Assembly (NCBI GenBank): GCA_030670165.1
Contig: DAOVCF010000002.1
Coordinates: forward strand, 1-34,874
Source of the DNA: Candidatus Stahliibacteriota bacterium
GTDB taxonomy: Bacteria > Hydrothermota > Tepidihabitantia > B3-TA06
Direction of reading: 5' to 3'
DNA length: 34,874 nucleotides
Under the pieces are notes generated by a model. The model was not told where the DNA came from, did not search any database, and saw only the letters and a list, made by a program, of their open reading frames with translations. Shown here piece after piece: positions 1 to 8,500 of the stretch (position 1 is its first letter; each line of letters starts with the position of its first letter). The translations under genes and the position numbers were made by a program.

Positions 1-2
1 CC

Positions 3-65
3 TACTTTATTACCCTGAGTAGCGAAGGTATCACGAAGTCTGCCAAGACGATAGTCATCAGATAG
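3..65 (+). CDS. 3' end of an unidentified CDS that runs off the window
   Basis: The frame is open from the window edge (..YFITLSSEGITKSAKTIVIR*) and ends at TAG 63-65. A strong hairpin follows 17 nt later. Only 21 codons are visible, so no family call is possible. Confidence 0.25.
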   Translation, partial: YFITLSSEGITKSAKTIVIR

Positions 66-81
66 CCATAACCACGATTGT

Positions 82-110
82 AAGAGGGGTCGGCTATCCC
101 GACCCCTCTT
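82..110 (+). terminator. Intrinsic-terminator-like hairpin
   Basis: Perfect 12-bp stem aagaggggtcgg (82-93) / ccgacccctctt (99-110) with loop ctatc, followed by ctatttg. GATAGCC at 61-67 could alternatively pair with GGCTATC at 91-97. Confidence 0.5.
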
Positions 111-114
111 CTAT

Positions 115-142
115 TTGACCGAAGCGTGATTACTCATATACT
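115..142 (+). promoter_or_regulatory. Sigma70-like promoter of the RuBisCO-PRK pair
   Basis: TTGACC (115-120), 16-nt spacer, TATACT (137-142). AAGGAGG lies at 164-170, 4 nt before GTG 175. Confidence 0.5.
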
Positions 143-174
143 CAATAAAAAGAAACTACCTTCAAGGAGGCCTT

Positions 175-1440
175 GTGGAATACCTGGATTTAGGATATGA
201 ACCCACAGATAACGATCTGTTGACAGTTTATCGGGTGCAGCCAGCAGAAGGCAAGAAGTTTGAGGAGGTTGCGGAAGCACTGGCAGGGGAGTCTTCTATC
301 GGAACCTGGACCGACGTTTCAACCATGATTCCCGAACTGGGTGAGAAACTGAGACCGCACATCTACATGATTGATGCTCCTTACGTATGGATCGCGTACC
401 ACTCGGAATTGTTCGAGCCGGGTTCGCTGCCCCAGCTTCTGTCCTCGATCGCCGGAAACATCTACGGGATGAAGGCGGTGGAGCGGTTGAGGTTGGAAGA
501 CTTCAGGCTGCCGAAAGGTATGGTTGAGGGTCTTCAGGGACCTGCCCTTGGCAGGGATGGGGTTCGCGATATGCTGGGTGTCAAGGATAGACCGTTGATC
601 GGAACGATAGTGAAGCCGAAGGTTGGGCTTTCGTCAGAGCAGTTCGCAGACGTTCTCTACGAGGCCATGGCTGGCGGCTGCGACATCGTGAAGGACGACG
701 AGAATTTGACCGATCAGGGATTCAACAGATTTGAGAAAAGGCTGGAGCTGTCCTTGAGAGCGGCGGAAAAAGCGGAACGCGAGACGGGCGAGCGCAAGGG
801 CTATCTGCCCAACGTAACCGCCCCTGCTGACGAGATGCTACGGAGAATGGAACTTGCAAAGAAGACGGGCTCGCGTTACGTTATGGCCGACGTGGTTACT
901 ACAGGATTTTCCGGAGTGCAGATGCTCCGCAATCATACCGACGGCCTGGCGATCCACGCCCACCGGGCGATGTACGCCGCGTTCACAAGGGTGCCTGAGC
1001 ACGGGATGAGCACCCTGGCGTTCTCAAAGCTGTGCCGCCTTGCCGGGGTTGATCAGCTACACGTGGGAACGATTGTCGGAAAGATGGAGGGCTCGAAGGA
1101 AGAAATCCTCAGGATTCACGAGGAGATGAACGGGGCGGTGGTGGGACCAAAGGATAGGTGGCTGGGCCAGGACTGGGGCGGCATCAAGTCGGTGCTATCG
1201 GTTGCCTCCGGCGGCCTGCATCCGTTCCTTATCCCGGCGATCATGGAGAACTTCGGACACCAGGTGGCCATCATGCAGGGCGGGGGCATACACGGCCATC
1301 CTTCAGGCACGAGGGCCGGTGCGAGGACGACGCGCAAGGTAGTGGACGCGGTGCTCAAAGGAGAATCGATGGAATCTCTCGCAGAGCGCGATCCTGATGT
1401 CGGTGCCGCCTACGAGATCTGGGGACATAAGAAGTGGTGA
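175..1440 (+). CDS. rbcL: Ribulose-1,5-bisphosphate carboxylase/oxygenase large subunit, form III-like
   Basis: 421 aa. Catalytic motifs are intact: GTIVKPKVGLS, DIVKDDENL (carbamylated Lys plus metal ligands), HAHRAM, LHVGT..GKMEG, SGGLHP, GGGIHGHP. The protein is collinear with archaeal form III enzymes as I recall them. No small-subunit gene is nearby. GTG start with a strong SD. Confidence 0.92.
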   Translation: MEYLDLGYEPTDNDLLTVYRVQPAEGKKFEEVAEALAGESSIGTWTDVSTMIPELGEKLRPHIYMIDAPYVWIAYHSELFEPGSLPQLLSSIAGNIYGMKAVERLRLEDFRLPKGMVEGLQGPALGRDGVRDMLGVKDRPLIGTIVKPKVGLSSEQFADVLYEAMAGGCDIVKDDENLTDQGFNRFEKRLELSLRAAEKAERETGERKGYLPNVTAPADEMLRRMELAKKTGSRYVMADVVTTGFSGVQMLRNHTDGLAIHAHRAMYAAFTRVPEHGMSTLAFSKLCRLAGVDQLHVGTIVGKMEGSKEEILRIHEEMNGAVVGPKDRWLGQDWGGIKSVLSVASGGLHPFLIPAIMENFGHQVAIMQGGGIHGHPSGTRAGARTTRKVVDAVLKGESMESLAERDPDVGAAYEIWGHKKW

Positions 1441-2366
1441 AGGCCTTTCTTGTGGGGGTGGCTGGCGATTCCGGCTCGGGCAAATCAACCTTTGCTGCCG
1501 GGGTTAGGCGATTGTTTGGAAAGAGTGAGGTGACGACCATCTCTCTGGATGATTATCATCTGTTAGATAGAGAGGAGCGCAAGCGCGCCGGTATAGTTGC
1601 CCTGGATCCACGGGCTAATGACCTTCGAAAACTGGCCGAACATGCTGAGATGCTCAAGGATGGAAGAACGGTCATGAAGCCTCGCTACAATCATTCCACC
1701 GGAAAACTCGACCCGCCCGTGAAATTCAGGCCTAAGAGAGTGGTGATCCTGGAGGGACTTCTGCCTTTTCATACCAGGAGGCTGCGCGAGCTCTTGGATT
1801 TCACCATCTACATCGACCCCGACGTAGAGGTGAAGAGGCTTTGGAAGATAAAACGAGACGTCCAGGAGCGCGGCCACTCAAAAGAGGCGGTGCTCAAATC
1901 CATCGCCGAGCGCGAGCCGCACTACAGGCGATTCATCACCCCCCAGAGAAGGCATGCGGAGATCGTGGTACAGATAAAAAAAGAGCTTGCCGAGGAGCGC
2001 TACCAGCGCGGCACCCCCTACTGGATCAGGTTGATTCAAAGGATAACCGGGGAGAAGCTCACCGACATCCACCTGCCCCTCAATCTCTCCCGCATGTGCC
2101 GAAGCGAGGGCGAGGAGCTTTACTTTGAGTATCGCAAAGGTCTCCGGGGCAAACAGCCGGTTTCCAAGATAGAGATCAACGGCATGATCCCCCGCGAGAT
2201 GATCACCGAGGTGGAGGAACGGATCGCTAATCTGGCTGGCAGGCCGGGTGCAAAGGTACTGCCACGCTCTGAAAGGATGGTTACAGAGATCGGCATCGCC
2301 AAGCTGGTAATCGCCTGGCGGGTTGTAGAGAGGATATTACCCCAAGATCATAAGCCCAACCTCTAG
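1434..2366 (+). CDS. prk: Phosphoribulokinase (plant/cyanobacterial/archaeal type, PRK/uridine kinase family)
   Basis: 310 aa. Motifs GVAGDSGSGKSTF, ISLDDYHLLDREERK, ALDPRANDL, KPRYNHSTGKLDPP and VILEGLLPF track the eukaryote/cyanobacterial-type PRK motifs closely. The GTG start overlaps the rbcL stop by 7 nt (GTGGTGA). Confidence 0.88.
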   Translation: MVKAFLVGVAGDSGSGKSTFAAGVRRLFGKSEVTTISLDDYHLLDREERKRAGIVALDPRANDLRKLAEHAEMLKDGRTVMKPRYNHSTGKLDPPVKFRPKRVVILEGLLPFHTRRLRELLDFTIYIDPDVEVKRLWKIKRDVQERGHSKEAVLKSIAEREPHYRRFITPQRRHAEIVVQIKKELAEERYQRGTPYWIRLIQRITGEKLTDIHLPLNLSRMCRSEGEELYFEYRKGLRGKQPVSKIEINGMIPREMITEVEERIANLAGRPGAKVLPRSERMVTEIGIAKLVIAWRVVERILPQDHKPNL

Positions 2367-2385
2367 ACTGACCAATCCATTCCCC

Positions 2386-2421
2386 CTGCGATCTTTTGGC
2401 CATTAGGCCAAAAGGAGCATT
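2386..2421 (+). repeat. Type-1 conserved-flank hairpin (terminator-like), copy a
   Basis: CTGCGATCTTTT-GGCC-atta-GGCC-AAAAGGAGCATT, 20 nt after the prk stop. The same 12-nt flanks with a different but still complementary inner stem recur at 18411-18445 on the other strand. Confidence 0.6.
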
Positions 2422-2427
2422 TATCTG

Positions 2428-2455
2428 TTGACAATCGTAAGTTTGAGACTAACCT
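2428..2455 (+). promoter_or_regulatory. Sigma70-like promoter placed for a leaderless or near-leaderless mRNA
   Basis: TTGACA (2428-2433), 16-nt spacer, TAACCT (2450-2455). Only 5 nt separate it from ATG 2461, and there is no SD. Confidence 0.45.
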
Positions 2456-2460
2456 AAAGC

Positions 2461-4683
2461 ATGTCTCTGATTCCAGTCTTTCTGGGGTTGGTTCTCTTTT
2501 CGCAATCGGAGGAGCCCGCCTTTACCGAGAGGGTAGATCCTTACTCCGATCAGCTAAGCAGGCTTGTTTCCATTGACCCGGAGGAAAGGCTACGTGCGGC
2601 GTGGTTTATTCCGGGGTTCTCGGTTAAAAGAGAGAGTCTAGCAGTGGCCGGTAGCAGGCCGGGCGAGGTGCGCGTTCTGCTCGACGGCGTTCCCCTATGG
2701 GACCCGCAGACCGGTGAGCATACCGTCCGGCTTCCCCCCAGTCTTCTTGAAGAAGCCGGCTTGAGGAACGAGGAAGCAAGCCTTACGCCTCTTGTGGCGC
2801 TTTCCTCAAGAACGGCCCTGGAGGGATGGGACGCGGAACTGCGTGGGAGCAGTTCCTTCTTTCTTTCCGGAGAGGAACCCGAAGGCCGTGCGGACGTTTT
2901 CCTGAACGTTCCACTGGGCAGTAAGCTAAGGCTTTCGTTTGACGGCGCCGCCGGGCTGTGGAGCGAGCGTCCTGAAACCAACCTTGAATTGCCGCGTCGC
3001 GGCCTCGCCGCTTACACCGGGGTCGCCTCTGCGACCCTTACACCCTCCGATGGCATGCTTGTTAGAGCCAGACTCCTTCTTTCCCAGGAGCAACGCGATC
3101 GCTTCTCGTCTTCATGGGCGTTCAACCCCGCCTCAGCACCCTCGACTCTAACCGCAGTCCAGCTGGTTATCTTCAATTATCGTTATCAAACCGATATACT
3201 GAACCTGGAGATGTCTCTTTCGGGCTACTCGAGCTTCCTGTGGAAGGGCAGCCGCAAGGAGGGTGAGCTGGCACTCTTTCGGCCCTTCGATGAACAGTAC
3301 TCGGCAGAATCGGCGGCAGCACTGGACATCCGCAACCCGTTCGGGGTCAAGGGGATTTTTTACTCGCAAGGTTTCTACCCCAGGCTTATCGCGCGGAACT
3401 CAACGGCGAATCGCGCCCGGGCGGCAGTCGGAATATTCGCGGGAGAGATGAACGAAATCCGTGCCCGCTTCAGCTACACCACCCTCAACCTGATTTCGGA
3501 TATCACTAAATGGGACGGCCCCAAGGAACGCACGGCAAACTTCCAGGAAACCCCTCGTCTGGCAGGGCTTTACCTGGGTGACCGCATCCACCTCAATCGC
3601 TTCTGGGTAGAACCGGGACTGGGGTTTACGTATCTGGAGATAGAAAAACCGGATACCAGCGAGGTAGGGTTTGAGATCTCCGAATATAAAATCTCCCTTG
3701 CCCCGCGAATCGAAACTCGTGCTTACCTGGGGGGAGTTCAGATACGAGCAGGGATGGATATGCCTGCCGTACCTCCTGCCTTTTCGCTCTTCTTCGATAC
3801 CAGGGATGAGATGCCCCTTACAGATTCTCTCATCATGATTTCTGAGCAGGACCCTGCACCTGAACGCGCCTGGCGCTCGTGGATTGAGGTCCAAAAGGAA
3901 TGGGGAGAGCGCTGGAGCACAGGCATCTCGTTTCACTCAAGTCTGGGTTACAGGGTTCTTTCCGGAGGTCTTAATCCGACCGAGGAGCCTGCCGACACCG
4001 TTCAAACGGCCGGGATCTTCCTGGAGGGCAAAAGTTTCAGCCTGGGACTGGGACCCTTGTTAGAGTACCGCTCGGAATGGCTGGGCATAAGAGCCGCCTA
4101 CCGGTTCGCATCAGCCAAGTCAACAACCCTGGGCCCTATCGGAGACTGCGAGCGCCTTTTGACCGGGGATTCTCTCTCGAATCAGATGCAAAGGCTGCCT
4201 CTCGATTCCCGCCACAAGTTTACGTTGCAAGCCAACCTTGCGACATCTGAAGGGACGCACTTCCTTCTAAGGGATTGGTTCTTGGAACCTGGCTTTGCTC
4301 TGGCCTCAGGCTTCCCTGGTGAGGATGGTGAGGAGGGAGATATTCCCTGGTGGGCATGGTGCGAGGTTAGAGCAGGCAGGGTAATCTCTATCGGCGGGCT
4401 CAAGGCGGAGGTCAGGGTCGAGCTTTTGAATCCATTTAACTGGAAAGAGCCGGTGTTCGGTGAGTTACCAGCCCCTGTTCTTCCCACCGAAGAAGAGTTC
4501 CCGGACAGGGTTGTGCTGGGCGATGAGGATTATCATCCTTCACGCGATGCTAACCACGACGGCTATATAACCGCAGCCGAAGAGGTCCATGCTTACAGAC
4601 GCGCCCGGGAGTTCTACGACGCATACACCCCAAGCCCATTGCCTGCCCGCAGCCTTGATATAAGGATTTCCCTAAAGTTCTAA
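2461..4683 (+). CDS. Outer-membrane beta-barrel protein, TonB-dependent-receptor-like with a divergent plug
   Basis: 740 aa. N-terminal signal-like segment (MSLIPVFLGLVLFSQ). Plug-like stretch PGFSVKRESLAVAGSRPGEVRVLLDGVPLWDP. Long stretches of alternating beta-strand-like pattern. C-terminal ..ISLKF aromatic terminus typical of OM barrels. A canonical EF-hand loop DANHDGYITAAE lies near the C terminus. Confidence 0.6.
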   Translation: MSLIPVFLGLVLFSQSEEPAFTERVDPYSDQLSRLVSIDPEERLRAAWFIPGFSVKRESLAVAGSRPGEVRVLLDGVPLWDPQTGEHTVRLPPSLLEEAGLRNEEASLTPLVALSSRTALEGWDAELRGSSSFFLSGEEPEGRADVFLNVPLGSKLRLSFDGAAGLWSERPETNLELPRRGLAAYTGVASATLTPSDGMLVRARLLLSQEQRDRFSSSWAFNPASAPSTLTAVQLVIFNYRYQTDILNLEMSLSGYSSFLWKGSRKEGELALFRPFDEQYSAESAAALDIRNPFGVKGIFYSQGFYPRLIARNSTANRARAAVGIFAGEMNEIRARFSYTTLNLISDITKWDGPKERTANFQETPRLAGLYLGDRIHLNRFWVEPGLGFTYLEIEKPDTSEVGFEISEYKISLAPRIETRAYLGGVQIRAGMDMPAVPPAFSLFFDTRDEMPLTDSLIMISEQDPAPERAWRSWIEVQKEWGERWSTGISFHSSLGYRVLSGGLNPTEEPADTVQTAGIFLEGKSFSLGLGPLLEYRSEWLGIRAAYRFASAKSTTLGPIGDCERLLTGDSLSNQMQRLPLDSRHKFTLQANLATSEGTHFLLRDWFLEPGFALASGFPGEDGEEGDIPWWAWCEVRAGRVISIGGLKAEVRVELLNPFNWKEPVFGELPAPVLPTEEEFPDRVVLGDEDYHPSRDANHDGYITAAEEVHAYRRAREFYDAYTPSPLPARSLDIRISLKF

Positions 4684-4719
4684 AAACATCTTCCCTATAG
4701 GTAAAAGTGAGGGTTTAAA

Positions 4720-5556
4720 TTATCCCAAAAGGGCGGAGGTGAACTCGGCGGCGGAGAAAACTGTTATATCCTCGGGCTGCTCGCCCATCCCTATGAAGTA
4801 GATGGGAAGCGAGAAGCGTTCGACTATCGGGATAACCACCCCGGCCTTACAGGTGCCGTCGAGCTTTGCGATCACGAGACCGGTGACGCCAAGGGCGTCG
4901 TAGAACCCCTGGGCCTGTCTTAATCCGTTCTGGCCGGTGGAGGCATCCATGACCAGAAGGACTTCATGAGGGGCTTCGGGTATCACCTTAGCAGCTACCC
5001 TTCTGATTTTCTCCGCCTCGGCCATCAGGTCGCGGCGGGTGTGAAGACGTCCCGCGGTATCGATGAGGACAACACCGTAATCCTTGGAGAGGGCCTTCTT
5101 TAGGGCGTCGTAGACCACCGCACCCGCGTCCTGTCCTTGAACCGAGGAGACGATATCGGTACCGGTTCGGGCGGCCCAACGCTCAAGCTGTAGACCTGCG
5201 GCGTCACGGTAGGTGTCTGCGGCGGCGATGAGAACCTTGCGGTTCTTCCACAGGGCGGCGAGCTTTGCGATAGTGGTAGTCTTGCCAGAGCCGTTGGTTC
5301 CTATGATCATTACAACCATAGGATGAGCGCGGAACTCGAACGGCTTTTCCGCCTTTTCTAATATACCACGGATAAGTTCAGCCAATCTTTCCCGCTCGCC
5401 CTTGGAATCGGCAAGCAGGGATTCGGCTCGCTCGACCCCGATGTCGGCCTCTAGGAGTATCTCTTCGAGTTCGTCACGATCACCGCTGCTGAAGGCCCGT
5501 GTGAACCTCCGGCGCAGGCTTAAGAAGCCTTGCCTAAGCTTCTTCCACTGCAACAT
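4720..5556 (-). CDS. ftsY: Signal recognition particle receptor FtsY (short form, NG domain only)
   Basis: 278 aa. Motifs GTNGSGKTTTIAKLA, DTAGRLH and IAKLDGT. The start overlaps the smc 3' end by 23 nt. Confidence 0.9.
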   Translation of the reverse strand: MLQWKKLRQGFLSLRRRFTRAFSSGDRDELEEILLEADIGVERAESLLADSKGERERLAELIRGILEKAEKPFEFRAHPMVVMIIGTNGSGKTTTIAKLAALWKNRKVLIAAADTYRDAAGLQLERWAARTGTDIVSSVQGQDAGAVVYDALKKALSKDYGVVLIDTAGRLHTRRDLMAEAEKIRRVAAKVIPEAPHEVLLVMDASTGQNGLRQAQGFYDALGVTGLVIAKLDGTCKAGVVIPIVERFSLPIYFIGMGEQPEDITVFSAAEFTSALLG

Positions 5557-8500
5557 GGTGGCGCTTTACGTCCTTTAAGCGCACTGAGATGACCTTTGAC
5601 ACGCCGGGGTCCTCCATCGTTATCCCGTAGATTGTATCCGCCTTCTCCATGGTACGTTTGTTGTGGGTTATGACGAAGACCTGGATGCGCTCCTTGATGT
5701 GCGAGAGATAGGACGCGAACTTGAGGACGTTAGAGTCGTCAAGCGGGGCGTCGAGCTCGTCGATAAAGAGGAAGGGCGCAGGCCGCACGCCGTAGAACGC
5801 GAAGAGCAGGGAGATACCCAGCATGGTACGTTCGCCGTCCGAGAGCTGGGAAAGCCTCTTGAGCTGCTTGCCCTCAGGTCGTGCCGTGATGTTTATCGGT
5901 GAGTTGAACGGGTCCTCCGGGCACTCGAGCCTGAGGTCCGCCTCTCCGCCCGGGAAGAAGAAGTTGAACGTGCGGCGGAACTCCTCGCGTACAGCCGTGA
6001 AGGTCTTATCGAACCGACTGCGGGCCTCCTCGTCTATCTCGCGGATGATGGTTGTCAGGCTTTCAGCCGCCTTCGTGATATCGGTATGCTGTGCCTTTAA
6101 GCGATCCAGCTCAGCCTTCTCCTCCTCGTATTGGACCGCGGCGTACTCGTTGACCGGCCCCAAATCCTCAAGGCGGTGCTTGACTGCGGCAAGCTCAACA
6201 TCCATCTCCTCAGGTGTCATTACTTTCGTGTCCGTGTCTTGATCCTGGGTCGGGGCGTTTGAAACCAGGGGTTCCAGTTCATCCTTCTGGTTTTTCAAAA
6301 GGAGCTGCTCGGTCCGAAGCTCGATAAGTCCCTTCCTTAAACCCTCAAGCTCGGCCTCGCGTTCGGCAAGTTCTGTCTCCTTCTCGCGCTTGGCCTGGAG
6401 CACCCCGGATGCGTCGATTCCTGACAGGCGTTCGGTTTCTTTCTTTCGCTGTTCGTTAAGAGCGGTTTGTTCCTCATCGAGTCCCTCGATAGCCTTGCCA
6501 AGCTCCAATATCTCATGCCGGGTGCTTTCAGCTTCCTTCTTTCGTGAGGTAAGAAGTCGATCTAAACGGGCCTGCTCGGCCTCCAGACGCTCGTTGCGCT
6601 CGCCGGCCAGATGTTCCGCCTCCTCATCCTTCCCCAGAGCAAGAAGCTGATCGTTGAGGCCTGCAAGCTTATCGCGCAGCGCTTCCTCTTTCCCGGCGAC
6701 TGTCTTCTCCAGCTCACTCAGGGCTTCTTCTTTCTCGGAACGCTGTGACTCAAGGGTGCTTATTTTCTCCTCAAGCTCCGCGAGCGTTTGTCGAGCGGAC
6801 TCTGACTCCTGCTCTCTTGATCGTGCCTCGGCTCTCAACCGCTCACGCTCCCTCTCCACCTCCGCGGCCTGTTCTTGCAGCCTGTCAACTTCTGCCTCCA
6901 AAGTCTGCCTGCGGGAACGTTCCTCAAGGTATGAGCTCCTCGCTTCATCGAGCTTGATGGCAAGGTCATCGCGTTCTTTGCGTAATCGGGTCAGATTTTC
7001 TTCCAGGGAAACAATCGAGGTCTTCTCTTGCTTTTCCTGATCTTCCAACTCCTTGAGTCTGCGCCGATCGGCAAGCACCCCGCGAGGTCTACCCAGAAGG
7101 ACAACCCCGTCTGAACGAAGCGCTGTCCCGTCCGAGCTAACGAAAGAAAGCCGGGGATATTGTCCTGCAAGAGAATCGAGATCGGCAGGGTCGGCAAGCA
7201 CCCAGCTCTCAAGACGCGCGGCAAGAAGCGCAGGTGCACCTTGCTTGATAGAAACTTTGTCTGCGAGCCAGAGTTTGAAACGAGCGTCCGAGGGGCGCTT
7301 GAGGGAGGAAGAAGCAGGCCCGCGATCAAGCACCAGACCCGCCTGCCCATCCAGGGAAAGCTCCGAAAGATCGGGCATCCCGGTTGCAGAGGCGAATCCG
7401 AGCACATCGTAAAGCACCGCCTCAAGGGCCGCCTCCAGTTCCGCTGGATAGCCCAGTAACTCCTCCATTAAACCGCTGAAGCGGGGACCCAGCCTCTTAC
7501 GCAACGCCTGTCGCGGTTGGTTCTCGATTCTTTCCCGAAGCGAGGCTACCTGCCCGGTCAGCTTTGAGCGACCCTCTATCCGCTCCTGGCGTTTAAGTTC
7601 AAAGGTTTGGATGTCTGCGTTCAATCGGGCGATTCGGCCTTCGGCTTCCCTGATCTCCCGCTCGAGTTCTGTCAGTGAAGATGTCTTCTTCTTGTGACTA
7701 TTCTTTGCTTCGACCAGCTCGCTGCGGAGGGCTTCGGCGCGCCCGGAGAGATTAGAAAGCTCGGCACGGGCAGCGGAGGCCAGGGAGCCGGCGTTCTCAG
7801 CACGTGAACGCTCACGGGTCCGTTCCTCTATGTATCTCCCAAACCCCTCGGAAAGCTTCTTCAACTCTCCGCGTGCTTTACGTAACCGGGAGCGGTAAGC
7901 GGCCAGGCGTTCTTCCTCCGTGCGCAACTTGCCTCTTGCCTCTTCTAGACGACCCTCCGCCCCCTGTCTGCGTCCTGCTGCCTCCTTCTGGGCGCGTTTG
8001 GTCCGCTCGATCTCCTTCTCAATCTCCTCGATGCGGCGCTCGGCTTCCTGGTTTTCCTCCTCGATTCGAGAAAGGTTTTCCGCAAGGGTCTCTTTTCGTG
8101 TACGTGAGGAGGAAAGCCTTGAGGCTACTTCGGAGAGCTTCGCGTTCACCTCATCAAGTGCTTCCCTGGTCCCTCTCTCAACCGCCAGTAGCCTTGAAAG
8201 CTTCGAATCCTTCCCCTTCAGTTCCTTTCTGACCCCATCCATCGCCAGCAGCAGCTTGCGTTCTTTCTCCTCCTCGAGAGAGATGATTTTGGCTTTCTCT
8301 TCCATCTCCTCAATGACCGCCTCAAAACGTGCATGCATTTTACTGGTTTCTAAGGCTACAAGTTTTTCACGCAGCTGTTTGTAAAGCCCAGCGCGCCTGC
8401 GCTGGCGGGCCAGGCTTCGAACAAAGCGCTTGCGTTCGGTTATTATGTCTTCCAACCGAACCAGATCACGACGGACCAGGTCGAGCTTGCGCCCGGACTC

